A stretch of DNA of 64,000 nucleotides from assembly GCA_964583105.1 (NCBI GenBank), contig CAZOUV010000003.1, positions 14,946 to 78,945 on the forward strand, in the 5' to 3' direction. Positions 54,377-63,926 of the stretch are shown here, piece after piece. A model generated the notes under the pieces. That model searched no databases. It was given only the letters and a program-made list of their open reading frames with translations, and was not told where the DNA came from. The position numbers and the translations under genes were made by a program. Origin of the DNA: an uncultured Gammaproteobacteria bacterium (GTDB lineage Bacteria; Patescibacteriota; Microgenomatia; UBA8517). How positions within the stretch are numbered: position 1 is the stretch's first letter; each line of letters opens with the position of its first letter.

Positions 54377-55438
54377 ATGTATTCTCCAAAGTATGTGATT
54401 TCGAATAAAATTCTTAAAAATATCGGTGCTATTGAGGCCTCTAAGGAAGTTATTGAATCTGCTCCTTTGGTTCCTACATTTCAAAAACAGTTTCAAACAG
54501 ACGCTGTTATTAAAACAGTTCATCACGGAACACATATTGAAGGAAACGACCTAACCCTACTTCAAACTAAAAAAATTCTTGAGGGAGGAGAAGTTTACGG
54601 CAGACCCAGAGATATTCAGGAAGTTATCAATTACAGAAATGTTGTTACCCTTCTTGACGAACTTGCTTTTAAAAGGGGAGGCTATGAATCCGAAATGCTC
54701 AAGGAAATACATAAATTAACTGTGGAAAAAATAGTTGCTTCCGAGAAAGTTGGAGTTTTTAGGACTTCTCAGGTAGTAATTAAAGATGAAGTAACTGGAG
54801 AAGTTGTTTTTTCCCCACCCCCATTTGTGGAAGTTCCTTACCTGTTGGACGATTTCTTTGCCTGGCTTAATTCGACAGAAGCCTTGGAGGTACACCCCAT
54901 CTTAAAAGCCGGAATTACGCACTATATCTTAGTTGCAATCCATCCTTTTGTGGAAGGAAACGGAAGAGTCTCAAGAGCATTCACCACATTAATTCTTATT
55001 AGAGACGGATATGATATCAAAAAATTCTTTTCGATCGAGGAACACTTTGATAATGACCCGGCTTCTTACTATCAGGCATTTTCCCAGGTTGACAAACAAT
55101 CAAGTAATATTGGAGCCAGGGATTTAACGGCTTGGCTCGAATACTTCACACAAGCTGTTGCTTCCGAACTTTCAAAAATAAAAGAAAAGGTTAAAAAACT
55201 CTCAATCGATACAAGACTTAAGGTAAAAATGGGGGAGCAGGTGTCACTTAGCGAAAGACAGGTTAGGCTTTTTGAGTATGTTTCAGACCAGGGATCAGCC
55301 GGAATGCTTGATCTTAAGAAGGTTTTACCTATGGTTTCAGATGACACAATTTTAAGGGACGTAAGAGATTTATTGGAAAAGGGTATTATCAAAAAAACAG
55401 GAAGCACGAAAGCGTCGCGTTATGTAATTGCAAAATAA
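54377..55438 (+). CDS. Fic-family protein (AMPylase-like) with C-terminal wHTH
   Basis: HPFVEGNGRVSRAF is the canonical Fic motif. An N-terminal HGTHIEGND resembles the intramolecular inhibitory helix motif (S/T)xxxE(G/N). Confidence 0.8.
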   Translation: MYSPKYVISNKILKNIGAIEASKEVIESAPLVPTFQKQFQTDAVIKTVHHGTHIEGNDLTLLQTKKILEGGEVYGRPRDIQEVINYRNVVTLLDELAFKRGGYESEMLKEIHKLTVEKIVASEKVGVFRTSQVVIKDEVTGEVVFSPPPFVEVPYLLDDFFAWLNSTEALEVHPILKAGITHYILVAIHPFVEGNGRVSRAFTTLILIRDGYDIKKFFSIEEHFDNDPASYYQAFSQVDKQSSNIGARDLTAWLEYFTQAVASELSKIKEKVKKLSIDTRLKVKMGEQVSLSERQVRLFEYVSDQGSAGMLDLKKVLPMVSDDTILRDVRDLLEKGIIKKTGSTKASRYVIAK

Positions 55439-55646
55439 TATGTCAGCACTTGATCCGCAGTTTATGTACATGATTCTTATTTTACCCTCTATTTTTGGTC
55501 TTACTTTAATCGGGGAGGGAATAAACAAGCTTATTCATGAAGAATGGGGAGGAATAATATCGGTCATCTTCGGTGTTGTTTTTGTAGGAATGGTTGTTTT
55601 TGCATACCTCTTCTTTTCAAGCTATTTAGCCAGCAAAATGGTCTAA
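55428..55646 (+). CDS. small membrane protein
   Basis: 72 aa with two hydrophobic helices. Confidence 0.25.
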   Translation: MQNNMSALDPQFMYMILILPSIFGLTLIGEGINKLIHEEWGGIISVIFGVVFVGMVVFAYLFFSSYLASKMV

Positions 55647-55942
55647 TAACTTTTCATACCAAGAGTGACACAATGATAGCACTTACTATAATAACATGAA
55701 GCAGTACCTTTTGTTTCATCAACTTCGTCTAAAGGTATCGACTCGAAAGGCATACCAGAAAGAGTCGGATCTTTCCACATTTTGCACAAAACTTTATCGC
55801 CGGATCTTTCCATGGCTGGTAGAGGTACTCTCATACAACCATGAATTTGTGTGAGGTTTATAGGATTTTCTGTAGCCACGCGGTGATTATACATAATTAT
55901 AATCATAATAATCAAATTTTGGGTTTCTGGTGTTTTAAACAA
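55643..55942 (-). CDS. hypothetical Cys-containing protein
   Basis: 99 aa with a CYYSKCYHC cluster; unknown function. Confidence 0.2.
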   Translation of the reverse strand: MFKTPETQNLIIMIIIMYNHRVATENPINLTQIHGCMRVPLPAMERSGDKVLCKMWKDPTLSGMPFESIPLDEVDETKGTASCYYSKCYHCVTLGMKSY

Positions 55943-55994
55943 ACGTGTCGACTGTTTTTTGACATGTACTTAAAATCAATAAATAATCGTTTAA

Positions 55995-57725
55995 GTGTTT
56001 TCGAAGGGGTATAATAGGCATATGCTTATTAAGGAACTTTCGGAATATCTTGAAAGACTTGAAAAAACGTCTTCCCGTATTGAAATAACCGAGATCCTTT
56101 CAAAACTTTTTAAAAAGACTCCGGTTGATGAAATAGATAAAGTCTGTTATTTGGTCTTAGGGGGTCTTGCTCCAAGCTATGAAAGTGTAATTTTAAATAT
56201 TGCCGAAAAAATGATGTTTAGGGTTATTGCCATGGCATATGGTAAAGATATTTCAGAAATAATAAAAACTTATAAAGAAAAAGGAGATTTGGGAAACACC
56301 GCCTTTAGTTTAGCCAAGAAAAATGCAGACAAATTAAGCGTTTTACGGGTTCATGAAGAGCTTGTGAAGGTTGCAAAAGAAGGTGGAGAGGGAAGTCAGG
56401 AAAGAAAAGTGGACCTTTTAGCAAATCTTCTTAAAAATCTTGATCCACTCTCGTCTAAATATGTCTCCAGAATTCCTGTAGGCCGTCTTAGACTGGGCTT
56501 TTCTGATAAAACGGTACTTGATGCTCTTTCGTGGATGCAGACGGGAAATAAAAGCCTAAAACCATTATTGGAAAAGGCATATCAGGTTCTTCCGGATGTT
56601 GGACTTTTAGCTCGTAGTGTAAAAGAAAAGGGAGTAGAGAAAGCTTGTAAGGGAATTGTACCTGTCGTCGGAATTCCGGTTTTACCCATGCTTGCCCAAA
56701 GAATTAAATCACCCTCCGAAATGATTGAAAAAATGGGAGAGGTTGATGTAGAACCCAAACTGGATGGCCTTAGAATACTGATCCATTTTGTCAGAGGTAA
56801 ATTTATTAAAGCTTTTACTAGAAACTTAAATGAGACTTCCCATATGTTTCCTGAACTGACAAGGATGGAAAAATTTGTTGACTGCGATTCGGCTATTTTT
56901 GACTGTGAGGCTGTTGGACTTGATGAAAAAACTAAACTTATGGCCAACTTTCAGACAACCATGACAAGAAGAAGAAAGCACGATATAGGAGAAACCTCAA
57001 AAAAAGTTGCAATTGAATTTTTTATTTTTGACATCATTTCCAAAGACGGGGAGAGCTTGATGGATAAGAACTATCCTGAAAGAAGGAAGTTTATGGAAGA
57101 AACCATAAAGTTTGGGGGACCTTTCAAATTGGTTCCCTATGAATTAACCAAAAGCCCAGAAAGAATTGGAGAGCTTTATCTACAAAGAATAAAAGAAGGA
57201 TATGAAGGAATTATGGTCAAGAAAGTTACCTCAGGCTATATTCCGGGACGTACAGGTTGGAGATGGGTAAAAATGAAGCAGGGGGAAGAAGCTAAGGGAA
57301 AACTTGCAGATACCATGGACGTTGTTGTCATGGGCTATACCGTTGGTCGGGGAAAAAGAGTAGGTTTCGGGGTAGGACAGTTTTTGATAGGAGTAAGAGA
57401 CGGAGAAAGAATAAAAACCGCTTCAAAAATAGGAACGGGACTAACAGATGAACAGTTTAGGGAAATGAAGAGAAGACTTACAAAATTGGAAGTAAAAAAT
57501 AAACCCAAAGAATATGAAGTACATAAAAACTACACTCCGGACTACTGGGTAACCCCATCTTTGGTTGTAGAGATTGCAGCCGATGAAATAACCAAAAGCC
57601 CAACCCATACCGCAGGAATTGCCTTAAGATTTCCAAGACTTGTAAGGTTCAGAGATGACAGAAGCCCAAATGATGTAACAACCCTAAAAGAACTTAAAAG
57701 GCTTTTTGATTTGCAAAAGTCATAA
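55995..57725 (+). CDS. ATP-dependent DNA ligase
   Basis: Motif I KLDGLR (adenylation Lys). Motif-IV-like EGIMVK and motif-V-like DVVVMG fit an ATP-dependent ligase. The start is possibly the internal Met at 56022, after a TATAAT-like box. Confidence 0.85.
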   Translation: MFSKGYNRHMLIKELSEYLERLEKTSSRIEITEILSKLFKKTPVDEIDKVCYLVLGGLAPSYESVILNIAEKMMFRVIAMAYGKDISEIIKTYKEKGDLGNTAFSLAKKNADKLSVLRVHEELVKVAKEGGEGSQERKVDLLANLLKNLDPLSSKYVSRIPVGRLRLGFSDKTVLDALSWMQTGNKSLKPLLEKAYQVLPDVGLLARSVKEKGVEKACKGIVPVVGIPVLPMLAQRIKSPSEMIEKMGEVDVEPKLDGLRILIHFVRGKFIKAFTRNLNETSHMFPELTRMEKFVDCDSAIFDCEAVGLDEKTKLMANFQTTMTRRRKHDIGETSKKVAIEFFIFDIISKDGESLMDKNYPERRKFMEETIKFGGPFKLVPYELTKSPERIGELYLQRIKEGYEGIMVKKVTSGYIPGRTGWRWVKMKQGEEAKGKLADTMDVVVMGYTVGRGKRVGFGVGQFLIGVRDGERIKTASKIGTGLTDEQFREMKRRLTKLEVKNKPKEYEVHKNYTPDYWVTPSLVVEIAADEITKSPTHTAGIALRFPRLVRFRDDRSPNDVTTLKELKRLFDLQKS

Positions 57726-59214
57726 CTCGAATTCCGTCGAAGCTCTTTTCTTCCAGTAATTTTCCTGTTTTATTTATATTTTTAATTGCATTATCTTTGT
57801 ATAAAGAAGGAATTCTTGGTGTTTCGTCTACTATCAAAAACATGTATTTTTCTTTCCCTGTGGTTTTTTTGAGTGTGTTATAGGGTGTAAGTTGATCTCC
57901 TCCCAACCATGAGGGCTTATAACCCCATTTATTTCCATACCAGTCATAGTTCCATGCCCAAACGGCATTTATATAAAGAGGATTTGTGACAGTATCTATT
58001 GCAAAAAGTTCACCTTCCGATTTTTCATAAGTGTATTTCATTGCCTCAATTTGTCTTGAAAGAATAGCTGCTTTATCTGGTTCCAATAAAGGTTGTCCCG
58101 ATCCATATGAGTTTTTAATTGCGGAAAGATTCATATAAATAAAAAATAAAATAACGGGAATAAATATAAGCTTTGGTTTTATCTTGGAAATTAAGTATAC
58201 CCCCATGATAATTCCTGCCCCCTGCCTTCCTATTAAAAACCATGGTGCATTGTGAGATCCTAATATCAGCATGATGATGGGGGAGAAGAGCCAGACAAGA
58301 AGAAAAAGATTTCTTTTTCTTATCTTTTTATCTTTTTTTTCTTTAATAATCTCATAAATAAAAAACAAAACTACAATTAAACCAAAAGCAAGACCAAACC
58401 CTTTATTTTGAGGCCAGAAGTTTAAATAAAAAGTTTCCCATTTGGTAAGCAGGAATTCTTTTAAAAGTGGGATAAACCCCGCATGGGTTTCTCCTACAAG
58501 TTTCCCTGCCCCTAATAAGCTTAATATTCCTGTAAATCGAAATTTAATTTCGGTTGCGATCATTGTCGAAAGTGATGCAAGAAGAATAAACACGGAAATA
58601 AATATTGTTTTTATGTTTGGAAACCTAGGTTTAAGAACGAACCATAAAATAAAAAATACTGGAATTAAATAAATAAAGAAAAGTTCAAGTTGAATCGAAA
58701 GTCCCAAAGAAACCATTGAAAGAAAAAGTCCCCATTTTTTCTTTTCGTAATATTCCCAAATTCCAAAAAAGAATAGAGGAACGGAAAGAAGAGTAAGAGT
58801 TGGGTTTGAAAGCCAGCCCGCAAAGGAAACATAGTAATATGAAACTGCAGTTAGGATACCTGCAGTTATTCCTACTTTTTTACTCTTAAATAAATCCTTG
58901 GCAAGTAAAAAAATTACAACTGCAGAGAAGGCATTAAAAAGAGAGTTCCATAAAACAATGTATATGGGATTATGGGAGAAAATAAGGGGAATTGCCGTAA
59001 AATACAGCCAGAAAACTCCATGATGTAGATTTGGGTTATTACCTGCAGTAGGACCTATTATTTTCAAATCTCCCTGAAGAATTTTTAAAGAATCAAACAA
59101 ATCTCTTGCCTGATCGAAACCTATTATTGTATTTGCGGGCCAGACGGAAATAAACCTGACCGCAAATGCAAAAAGAAATATTAAAAGTGAAATGGTTAAT
59201 ACTTTTTTATTCAT
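57694..59214 (-). CDS. ArnT/PMT-like (GT39/GT83) membrane glycosyltransferase
   Basis: 506 aa polytopic protein; the N-terminal FAVRFISVWPANTIIGFDQARDL resembles the GT-C first loop with a DxD/D..R motif. Confidence 0.55.
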   Translation of the reverse strand: MNKKVLTISLLIFLFAFAVRFISVWPANTIIGFDQARDLFDSLKILQGDLKIIGPTAGNNPNLHHGVFWLYFTAIPLIFSHNPIYIVLWNSLFNAFSAVVIFLLAKDLFKSKKVGITAGILTAVSYYYVSFAGWLSNPTLTLLSVPLFFFGIWEYYEKKKWGLFLSMVSLGLSIQLELFFIYLIPVFFILWFVLKPRFPNIKTIFISVFILLASLSTMIATEIKFRFTGILSLLGAGKLVGETHAGFIPLLKEFLLTKWETFYLNFWPQNKGFGLAFGLIVVLFFIYEIIKEKKDKKIRKRNLFLLVWLFSPIIMLILGSHNAPWFLIGRQGAGIIMGVYLISKIKPKLIFIPVILFFIYMNLSAIKNSYGSGQPLLEPDKAAILSRQIEAMKYTYEKSEGELFAIDTVTNPLYINAVWAWNYDWYGNKWGYKPSWLGGDQLTPYNTLKKTTGKEKYMFLIVDETPRIPSLYKDNAIKNINKTGKLLEEKSFDGIRVMTFANQKAF

Positions 59215-59299
59215 TCGAACTTAAAAAGATTGTAACATGTTCTTGACTAGTATAAGCATCTTGTGAAAAGATGAAAACAGAATTGGGGGTGAGAAGAAA

Positions 59300-59620
59300 A
59301 TGAAGGGAACAGGTCTTAAAAAAGAAACAGCAGCCGCTCTTTCCTATGTATTGGGTCCTATTACGGGTATTATCTTTCTTGTTTTAGAGAAAGATCCATT
59401 TGTTAGATTCCACGCAATGCAGTCGATAGTTGTTTTTGTAATAATGTTTGGCTTGCAGTGGGTTTTAACACTTACAATAATTTTGGTATTTCTAGTTCCT
59501 CTTATTGGAATTGTTACATTCATTCTTTGGTTACTACTTATTTACAAAGCTTGGATGGGAGAAAGCTGGGAAGTGCCAATACTTGGAAAATTAGCAAAAA
59601 AACTACTAAAGAAAGCTTAA
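59300..59620 (+). CDS. DUF4870-like small membrane protein
   Basis: ALSYVLGPITGIIFLVLEKDPFVRFHAMQS matches the DUF4870 pattern. Confidence 0.45.
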   Translation: MKGTGLKKETAAALSYVLGPITGIIFLVLEKDPFVRFHAMQSIVVFVIMFGLQWVLTLTIILVFLVPLIGIVTFILWLLLIYKAWMGESWEVPILGKLAKKLLKKA

Positions 59621-59989
59621 GGAGTAGGATGTTTGGTTCTTGGGTGTATTTTTTTTCTAAAGTTATTGTGTCTGTATAGTTGTCTAACACAAGTCTTATT
59701 TTTTGTTGCAGTATTGGTTCGTTTAGTTGTGGGGTGCGGGGGTTTTGCGAAGAGAACACATTTTACAACAGGCTTCATTATTTATTCCCCTGCAGTGGAA
59801 ACTGATTCCCCCCCTTTCATTAAGTTTATATTCAATAAGTCCAGAAGTTATTGCTTTACGCCGACCCCTAAGGGGACATATTGTAGGTGTCCAGTATTTT
59901 GCAAGCAATAAATATATTTCTTGGCGACCCATATTTTTCAGATTCTATTTCCCCTTCTACTTGTTGTCAAGTTCGGTTAAAATTGAAAC

Positions 59990-60463
59990 ATGAAACTAAT
60001 TATCGGTCTTGGAAACCCGGGGGAGAAGTACAAAAATAACCGTCACAATGTTGGTTATATGGTTGTTGATAGAATAAAAGAAAGGGGTTTGAGAATTAAG
60101 GATGCAGTTATAGTCAAAACCAATACGTTCATGAACGATTCGGGGACTTCAGTTGGGGAAATTATAAGTAAAAATAAAGTGGATTTAGGGAATTTATATA
60201 TTATTCACGACGATCTTGATTTACCCTTAGGAACTTGGAAAATCCAGTATGCAAAAGGGCCCAAAGATAACGGAGGAATTAACTCAATTGAGCAAATTTT
60301 GAGTACGGAAAACTTCTGGAGAATAAGAGTGGGAATTGATAACAGAAATCCCGAAAAAAGAATTTCAGGGGAGGAATATGTTTTGCAGGATTTTACCACT
60401 GAAGAGAAAATTATTTTAGATGGGGTACTTAATGAAATATGCAGCAAATTGGAGACATTATAA
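59990..60463 (+). CDS. pth: peptidyl-tRNA hydrolase
   Basis: LIIGLGNPGEKYKNNRHNVG N-terminal Pth signature with the catalytic His; 157 aa. Confidence 0.9.
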   Translation: MKLIIGLGNPGEKYKNNRHNVGYMVVDRIKERGLRIKDAVIVKTNTFMNDSGTSVGEIISKNKVDLGNLYIIHDDLDLPLGTWKIQYAKGPKDNGGINSIEQILSTENFWRIRVGIDNRNPEKRISGEEYVLQDFTTEEKIILDGVLNEICSKLETL

Positions 60464-60714
60464 AAAAGTTTGAGAGCAACAAAGACAAATATATATCTCA
60501 GGAGTTTCAGAAATATGGATACGATTTGGCACAAGAGTTGGGAGATCCCAAAAACGTTTCGATGTATATAAAACTTGCCAAAATTTCTCCGAGGGCATAC
60601 CTTGAAATTGCCCGTAATTTTGTCAAGGATGCCTATAAAGTAAAAAGCAGGCCCGCCTTGTTTCTTTGGAAACTGAAAGAATTAAATAAAGAAGCTTATG
60701 GGAAATTACATTGA
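60439..60714 (+). CDS. hypothetical protein
   Basis: 91 aa helical protein with no motifs; it overlaps both the pth end and the cvpA-like start. Confidence 0.3.
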   Translation: MQQIGDIIKKFESNKDKYISQEFQKYGYDLAQELGDPKNVSMYIKLAKISPRAYLEIARNFVKDAYKVKSRPALFLWKLKELNKEAYGKLH

Positions 60715-61657
60715 TTTAATTATTATTTTGGTTTTAATCTATTTTGCAACGGAAGCGTGGCGTCACGGCTTCTGGGTCATAATAGTTGATTTCATTTCTT
60801 TTTTAAGTTCAATACTAATATCTTTAAGTCTATATAAATACGTATCCGTTTTTTTAAGAAGCAATTTTTCCCTTTCAAGTTCAATTTCCAATGCGGTGGG
60901 TTTTTTAGTAGCAGCAATTATTATTGAAGGGATACTGGGGTTTATTCTGGCAAGAATTCTTCATAGATTTCCGGAGAAAATTAAGGAAGGGTTTTTACTT
61001 AGAGTTATGGCAACAATCCCCGCAATAGGCGAGGGTTTTATTTTAATTGCTTTTTTCTTAACTCTTGCAGTTGCTTTTCCTTTAAAACCCTCAATTAAAG
61101 CAGATATTATCGGATCAAAAATTGGCAGCATAATTCTTAACAAAACGGTTATTGTCGAAAAGTCCGTTAATGAAATATTTGGGGGAGTAATTGAGGATTC
61201 CTTAACCTATCTTACAGTGAAGCCCGGAAGCAACGAACGGGTACAATTAGATTCACCCAATAATGTTCTTAGTAGGGATGAAAAAAGCGCAAAAGAAATG
61301 TTTAATCTAATTAATAACGAGAGAGATAGGTTGGGAATTTCAAAACTTTCATGGGATGAAAAATTGGCGGTATTATCATCAAACTACGCTTTATATATGT
61401 GGGAGAATTACTATTTTGGTCATACGGATTCATTCGGAAACGATGTTGGTGATAGACTTGAGGATTCCAAAATACAATACTCCATTGCAGGAGAAAATCT
61501 TGCCCTTGCTCCAACCTTAGTTTTTGCCCATAACGGACTTATGAATTCAGAGGGCCACAGGGAAAATATTTTGAATGAGAAGTTCGATAAAATTGGTATA
61601 GGGGTTGTTGATAATGGTGTATACGGAAAAATTTTTGTCCAAGTCTTTACCAACTGA
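60698..61657 (+). CDS. CvpA-family membrane domain fused to CAP (SCP/PR-1-like) domain
   Basis: N-terminal about 4 TM helices resembling CvpA. C-terminal GHTDSFGNDVGDRLE...GENLALA...HNGLMNSEGHRENILNEKFDKIGIGV matches CAP-domain motifs (HY/GH...GEN...H..N). Confidence 0.6.
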   Translation: MGNYIDLIIILVLIYFATEAWRHGFWVIIVDFISFLSSILISLSLYKYVSVFLRSNFSLSSSISNAVGFLVAAIIIEGILGFILARILHRFPEKIKEGFLLRVMATIPAIGEGFILIAFFLTLAVAFPLKPSIKADIIGSKIGSIILNKTVIVEKSVNEIFGGVIEDSLTYLTVKPGSNERVQLDSPNNVLSRDEKSAKEMFNLINNERDRLGISKLSWDEKLAVLSSNYALYMWENYYFGHTDSFGNDVGDRLEDSKIQYSIAGENLALAPTLVFAHNGLMNSEGHRENILNEKFDKIGIGVVDNGVYGKIFVQVFTN

Positions 61658-61672
61658 TGCTAGAATAAATTA

Positions 61673-62149
61673 ATGAAACGTATTTTCTTTATTCATGTTT
61701 CCTTTCTTGTTTCTTTTTTTATTATTCTTTCTCTTATTAATTCCTGGTTTAATTTATCTTTTTGGCCTCTTTGGCTGGGGGCTTTAATCGGAAGTTTTCT
61801 TCCTGAGCTTGACAGCCTTATTTACATATTTTTTGTTAATTCTCAGGAATTAACATCCCAAAGAGTAATCTTTTATTTTAAAAAGGGGAGTTTTTTAACT
61901 GCGTTGAAACTTTTGTTTGACACAAGCGCAGAAAGAGTTAATCTGGTGTTTCATTCTCTTTCATTTATTACTGTTTTATATATTCTTCTTTTCTGGCTTG
62001 TAACATCATCTGGAAGCATATTCGGAAAAGGGGTTGTTTTTGCCATGCTTTTACACCTGATTGTTTCCGAACTGATAAAAAGGAAATATCCTTTCTGGTA
62101 TCCGCTAATTGGCCTGGGAATACTTCTTGTGTTGGGGGTAATGGCTTAG
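61673..62149 (+). CDS. hypothetical polytopic membrane protein
   Basis: 158 aa with about 4 TM helices. Confidence 0.3.
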   Translation: MKRIFFIHVSFLVSFFIILSLINSWFNLSFWPLWLGALIGSFLPELDSLIYIFFVNSQELTSQRVIFYFKKGSFLTALKLLFDTSAERVNLVFHSLSFITVLYILLFWLVTSSGSIFGKGVVFAMLLHLIVSELIKRKYPFWYPLIGLGILLVLGVMA

Positions 62150-62165
62150 TATCATAGGACCTTGT

Positions 62166-63410
62166 ATGATTTCGGCTTATGTCAACTCTCAAAAACAACT
62201 TTCTCAGGTAGTTTCTTTTTTGGAAAAAGAATATTCGGATAAAAAAAGATTTCAAAAAGCTGTTTTACTTCTTAAAAAACCCCAAAGATTGTTATCGAAA
62301 AATTTATCAATAAAATTAGATAGTGGAAAAACAAAGTTGTTTAAGGCATATAGAAGTCAATTTAACGACGCCAGAGGCCCATTTAAAGGTGGAATAAGAT
62401 ATCACCCCAATGTTTCTGAAGATGAAGTAAAAGCCCTTTCTTTTTGGATGGCAGTTAAATGTGCCGTAGTGGGGATTCCCTATGGAGGAGCCAAAGGGGG
62501 AATTGTCGTTGACACTTCAACCTTAAGCCAAAATGAATTAAAGAGATTGTCATATGCTTATGCGGAGTTTCTTACTCCTTATATTGGCCCTTGGATTGAC
62601 GTTCCTGCTCCTGATGTAAATACAGATGGACAAATAATGGCTTGGCTACTTGAGGCCTACGAGAATAAGATCGGACACCAATCTCCCGCTACATTTACCG
62701 GAAAGCCTCTTGAACTTGGCGGTTCTCAGGGAAGAACTGAAGCAACAGGATTAGGGGGGGTGGTTGTTCTAAAAGAATACCTCAAGAAAAAAGGACTAAA
62801 TCCCAAAAAAACCACAATTGCCGTACAGGGCATAGGCAATGTAGGCTATTTTTTTGCGAAGATAGCTCAGGAAGAGGGATTGAAAGTAGTTGCCATATCG
62901 GATTCAAAAGGTGGAATTTACAATCCTAAAGGACTAAATATTGAAAAAATTAAAGAAGAGAAAGAAAAAACTGGAAAGATTAAAGCAAATATTACAAATG
63001 AGGAACTTTTAACCTTACCTGTAGATATCTTAGTTCCCGCAGCTTTGGAAAATACAATAACAAAGGAGAATGCAAATAGGATAAAAGCAAAAGTTGTATT
63101 TGAAATGGCCAATGGTCCCACAACTTCGGGGGCAGACGAAATTTTAGAAAAAAGGAAAATAGACGTAATTCCCGATGTTTTGACAAATGCAGGAGGAGTA
63201 ACTGTATCCTATTTCGAATGGGCCCAAAACCTAAACGGATATTATTGGGAGAAGGAAGATGTGCTGACAAAAGAAAGAAAAATAATGATTGAAGCATTTA
63301 ACGATATCTATGATGAGGCAAAAGAAAGAAAGATAACATACAGGAAAGCAGCTTTTATACTTGCTGTTAAAAGAATAATTGACGCAATGATACTTCGGGG
63401 GAGGGTTTAA
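62166..63410 (+). CDS. gdhA: glutamate dehydrogenase (Glu/Leu/Phe/Val dehydrogenase family)
   Basis: GGAKGG catalytic-region motif and GIGNVG NAD(P)-binding motif; 414 aa. Confidence 0.9.
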   Translation: MISAYVNSQKQLSQVVSFLEKEYSDKKRFQKAVLLLKKPQRLLSKNLSIKLDSGKTKLFKAYRSQFNDARGPFKGGIRYHPNVSEDEVKALSFWMAVKCAVVGIPYGGAKGGIVVDTSTLSQNELKRLSYAYAEFLTPYIGPWIDVPAPDVNTDGQIMAWLLEAYENKIGHQSPATFTGKPLELGGSQGRTEATGLGGVVVLKEYLKKKGLNPKKTTIAVQGIGNVGYFFAKIAQEEGLKVVAISDSKGGIYNPKGLNIEKIKEEKEKTGKIKANITNEELLTLPVDILVPAALENTITKENANRIKAKVVFEMANGPTTSGADEILEKRKIDVIPDVLTNAGGVTVSYFEWAQNLNGYYWEKEDVLTKERKIMIEAFNDIYDEAKERKITYRKAAFILAVKRIIDAMILRGRV

Positions 63411-63667
63411 TAGATATTTCCTCTAAAATCAATCTCTCTTATATAAATTACATTCTCTTTTTGATCAATTTGATAGATGATTCTGAATTTTCTATATCTT
63501 AGTCTGTAACTCGAACGGGTATTTAATAATTTTTTAATATCCATATTACCGGTTTTGAAGGGATCTCGAGCTATTCTTTCGATTTTTGAAACAAGAACCA
63601 GAAGATCCTTTTTAGCTATTTTTTTAAAAAATTTAAAAACTGCAGGATGGTAGAGTAATTTATACAT
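63407..63667 (-). CDS. RelE/ParE-family toxin
   Basis: 86 aa basic protein with the RelE-like C-terminus YRLRYRKFRIIYQID...IYIREIDFRG. It overlaps the antitoxin gene by 8 nt. Confidence 0.7.
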   Translation of the reverse strand: MYKLLYHPAVFKFFKKIAKKDLLVLVSKIERIARDPFKTGNMDIKKLLNTRSSYRLRYRKFRIIYQIDQKENVIYIREIDFRGNIY

Positions 63668-63926
63668 GACCTAGGAGCTTTTTGACATCTTCGTGTTTTA
63701 CCCAACCTACTTTTGAAGCATCCTCTTTCTCATATTCCTCTGCCCTGAGAGATAAATAGTAATCTTCAAGCTGCTCTGAGATTTTATTGAACTCTTCGAC
63801 AGAAAGAATTACAGCGCGGGGAGTACTTCTGTTAAATAAGAAAAGAGGGGATAGGTCGGCTTTAGCCAATACTTCTTCTGTCTTAAATCTTAAGTCGGAT
63901 ATTGTACTTATGTTTGTAGATAACAT
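63660..63926 (-). CDS. Phd/YefM-family antitoxin
   Basis: ISDLRFKTEEVL ... RAVILSVEEF N-terminal YefM-like motif; 88 aa. Confidence 0.6.
   Translation of the reverse strand: MLSTNISTISDLRFKTEEVLAKADLSPLFLFNRSTPRAVILSVEEFNKISEQLEDYYLSLRAEEYEKEDASKVGWVKHEDVKKLLGHV

Noticed and set aside
59633-59989. tmRNA (ssrA) hypothesis for the GC-rich spacer upstream of pth
   Set aside because: It starts with GGGG, but no tRNA-like 3' T-arm/acceptor, no CCA-adjacent acceptor pairing and no ANDENYALAA-like tag frame were found by eye. It is kept only as an unexplained region.
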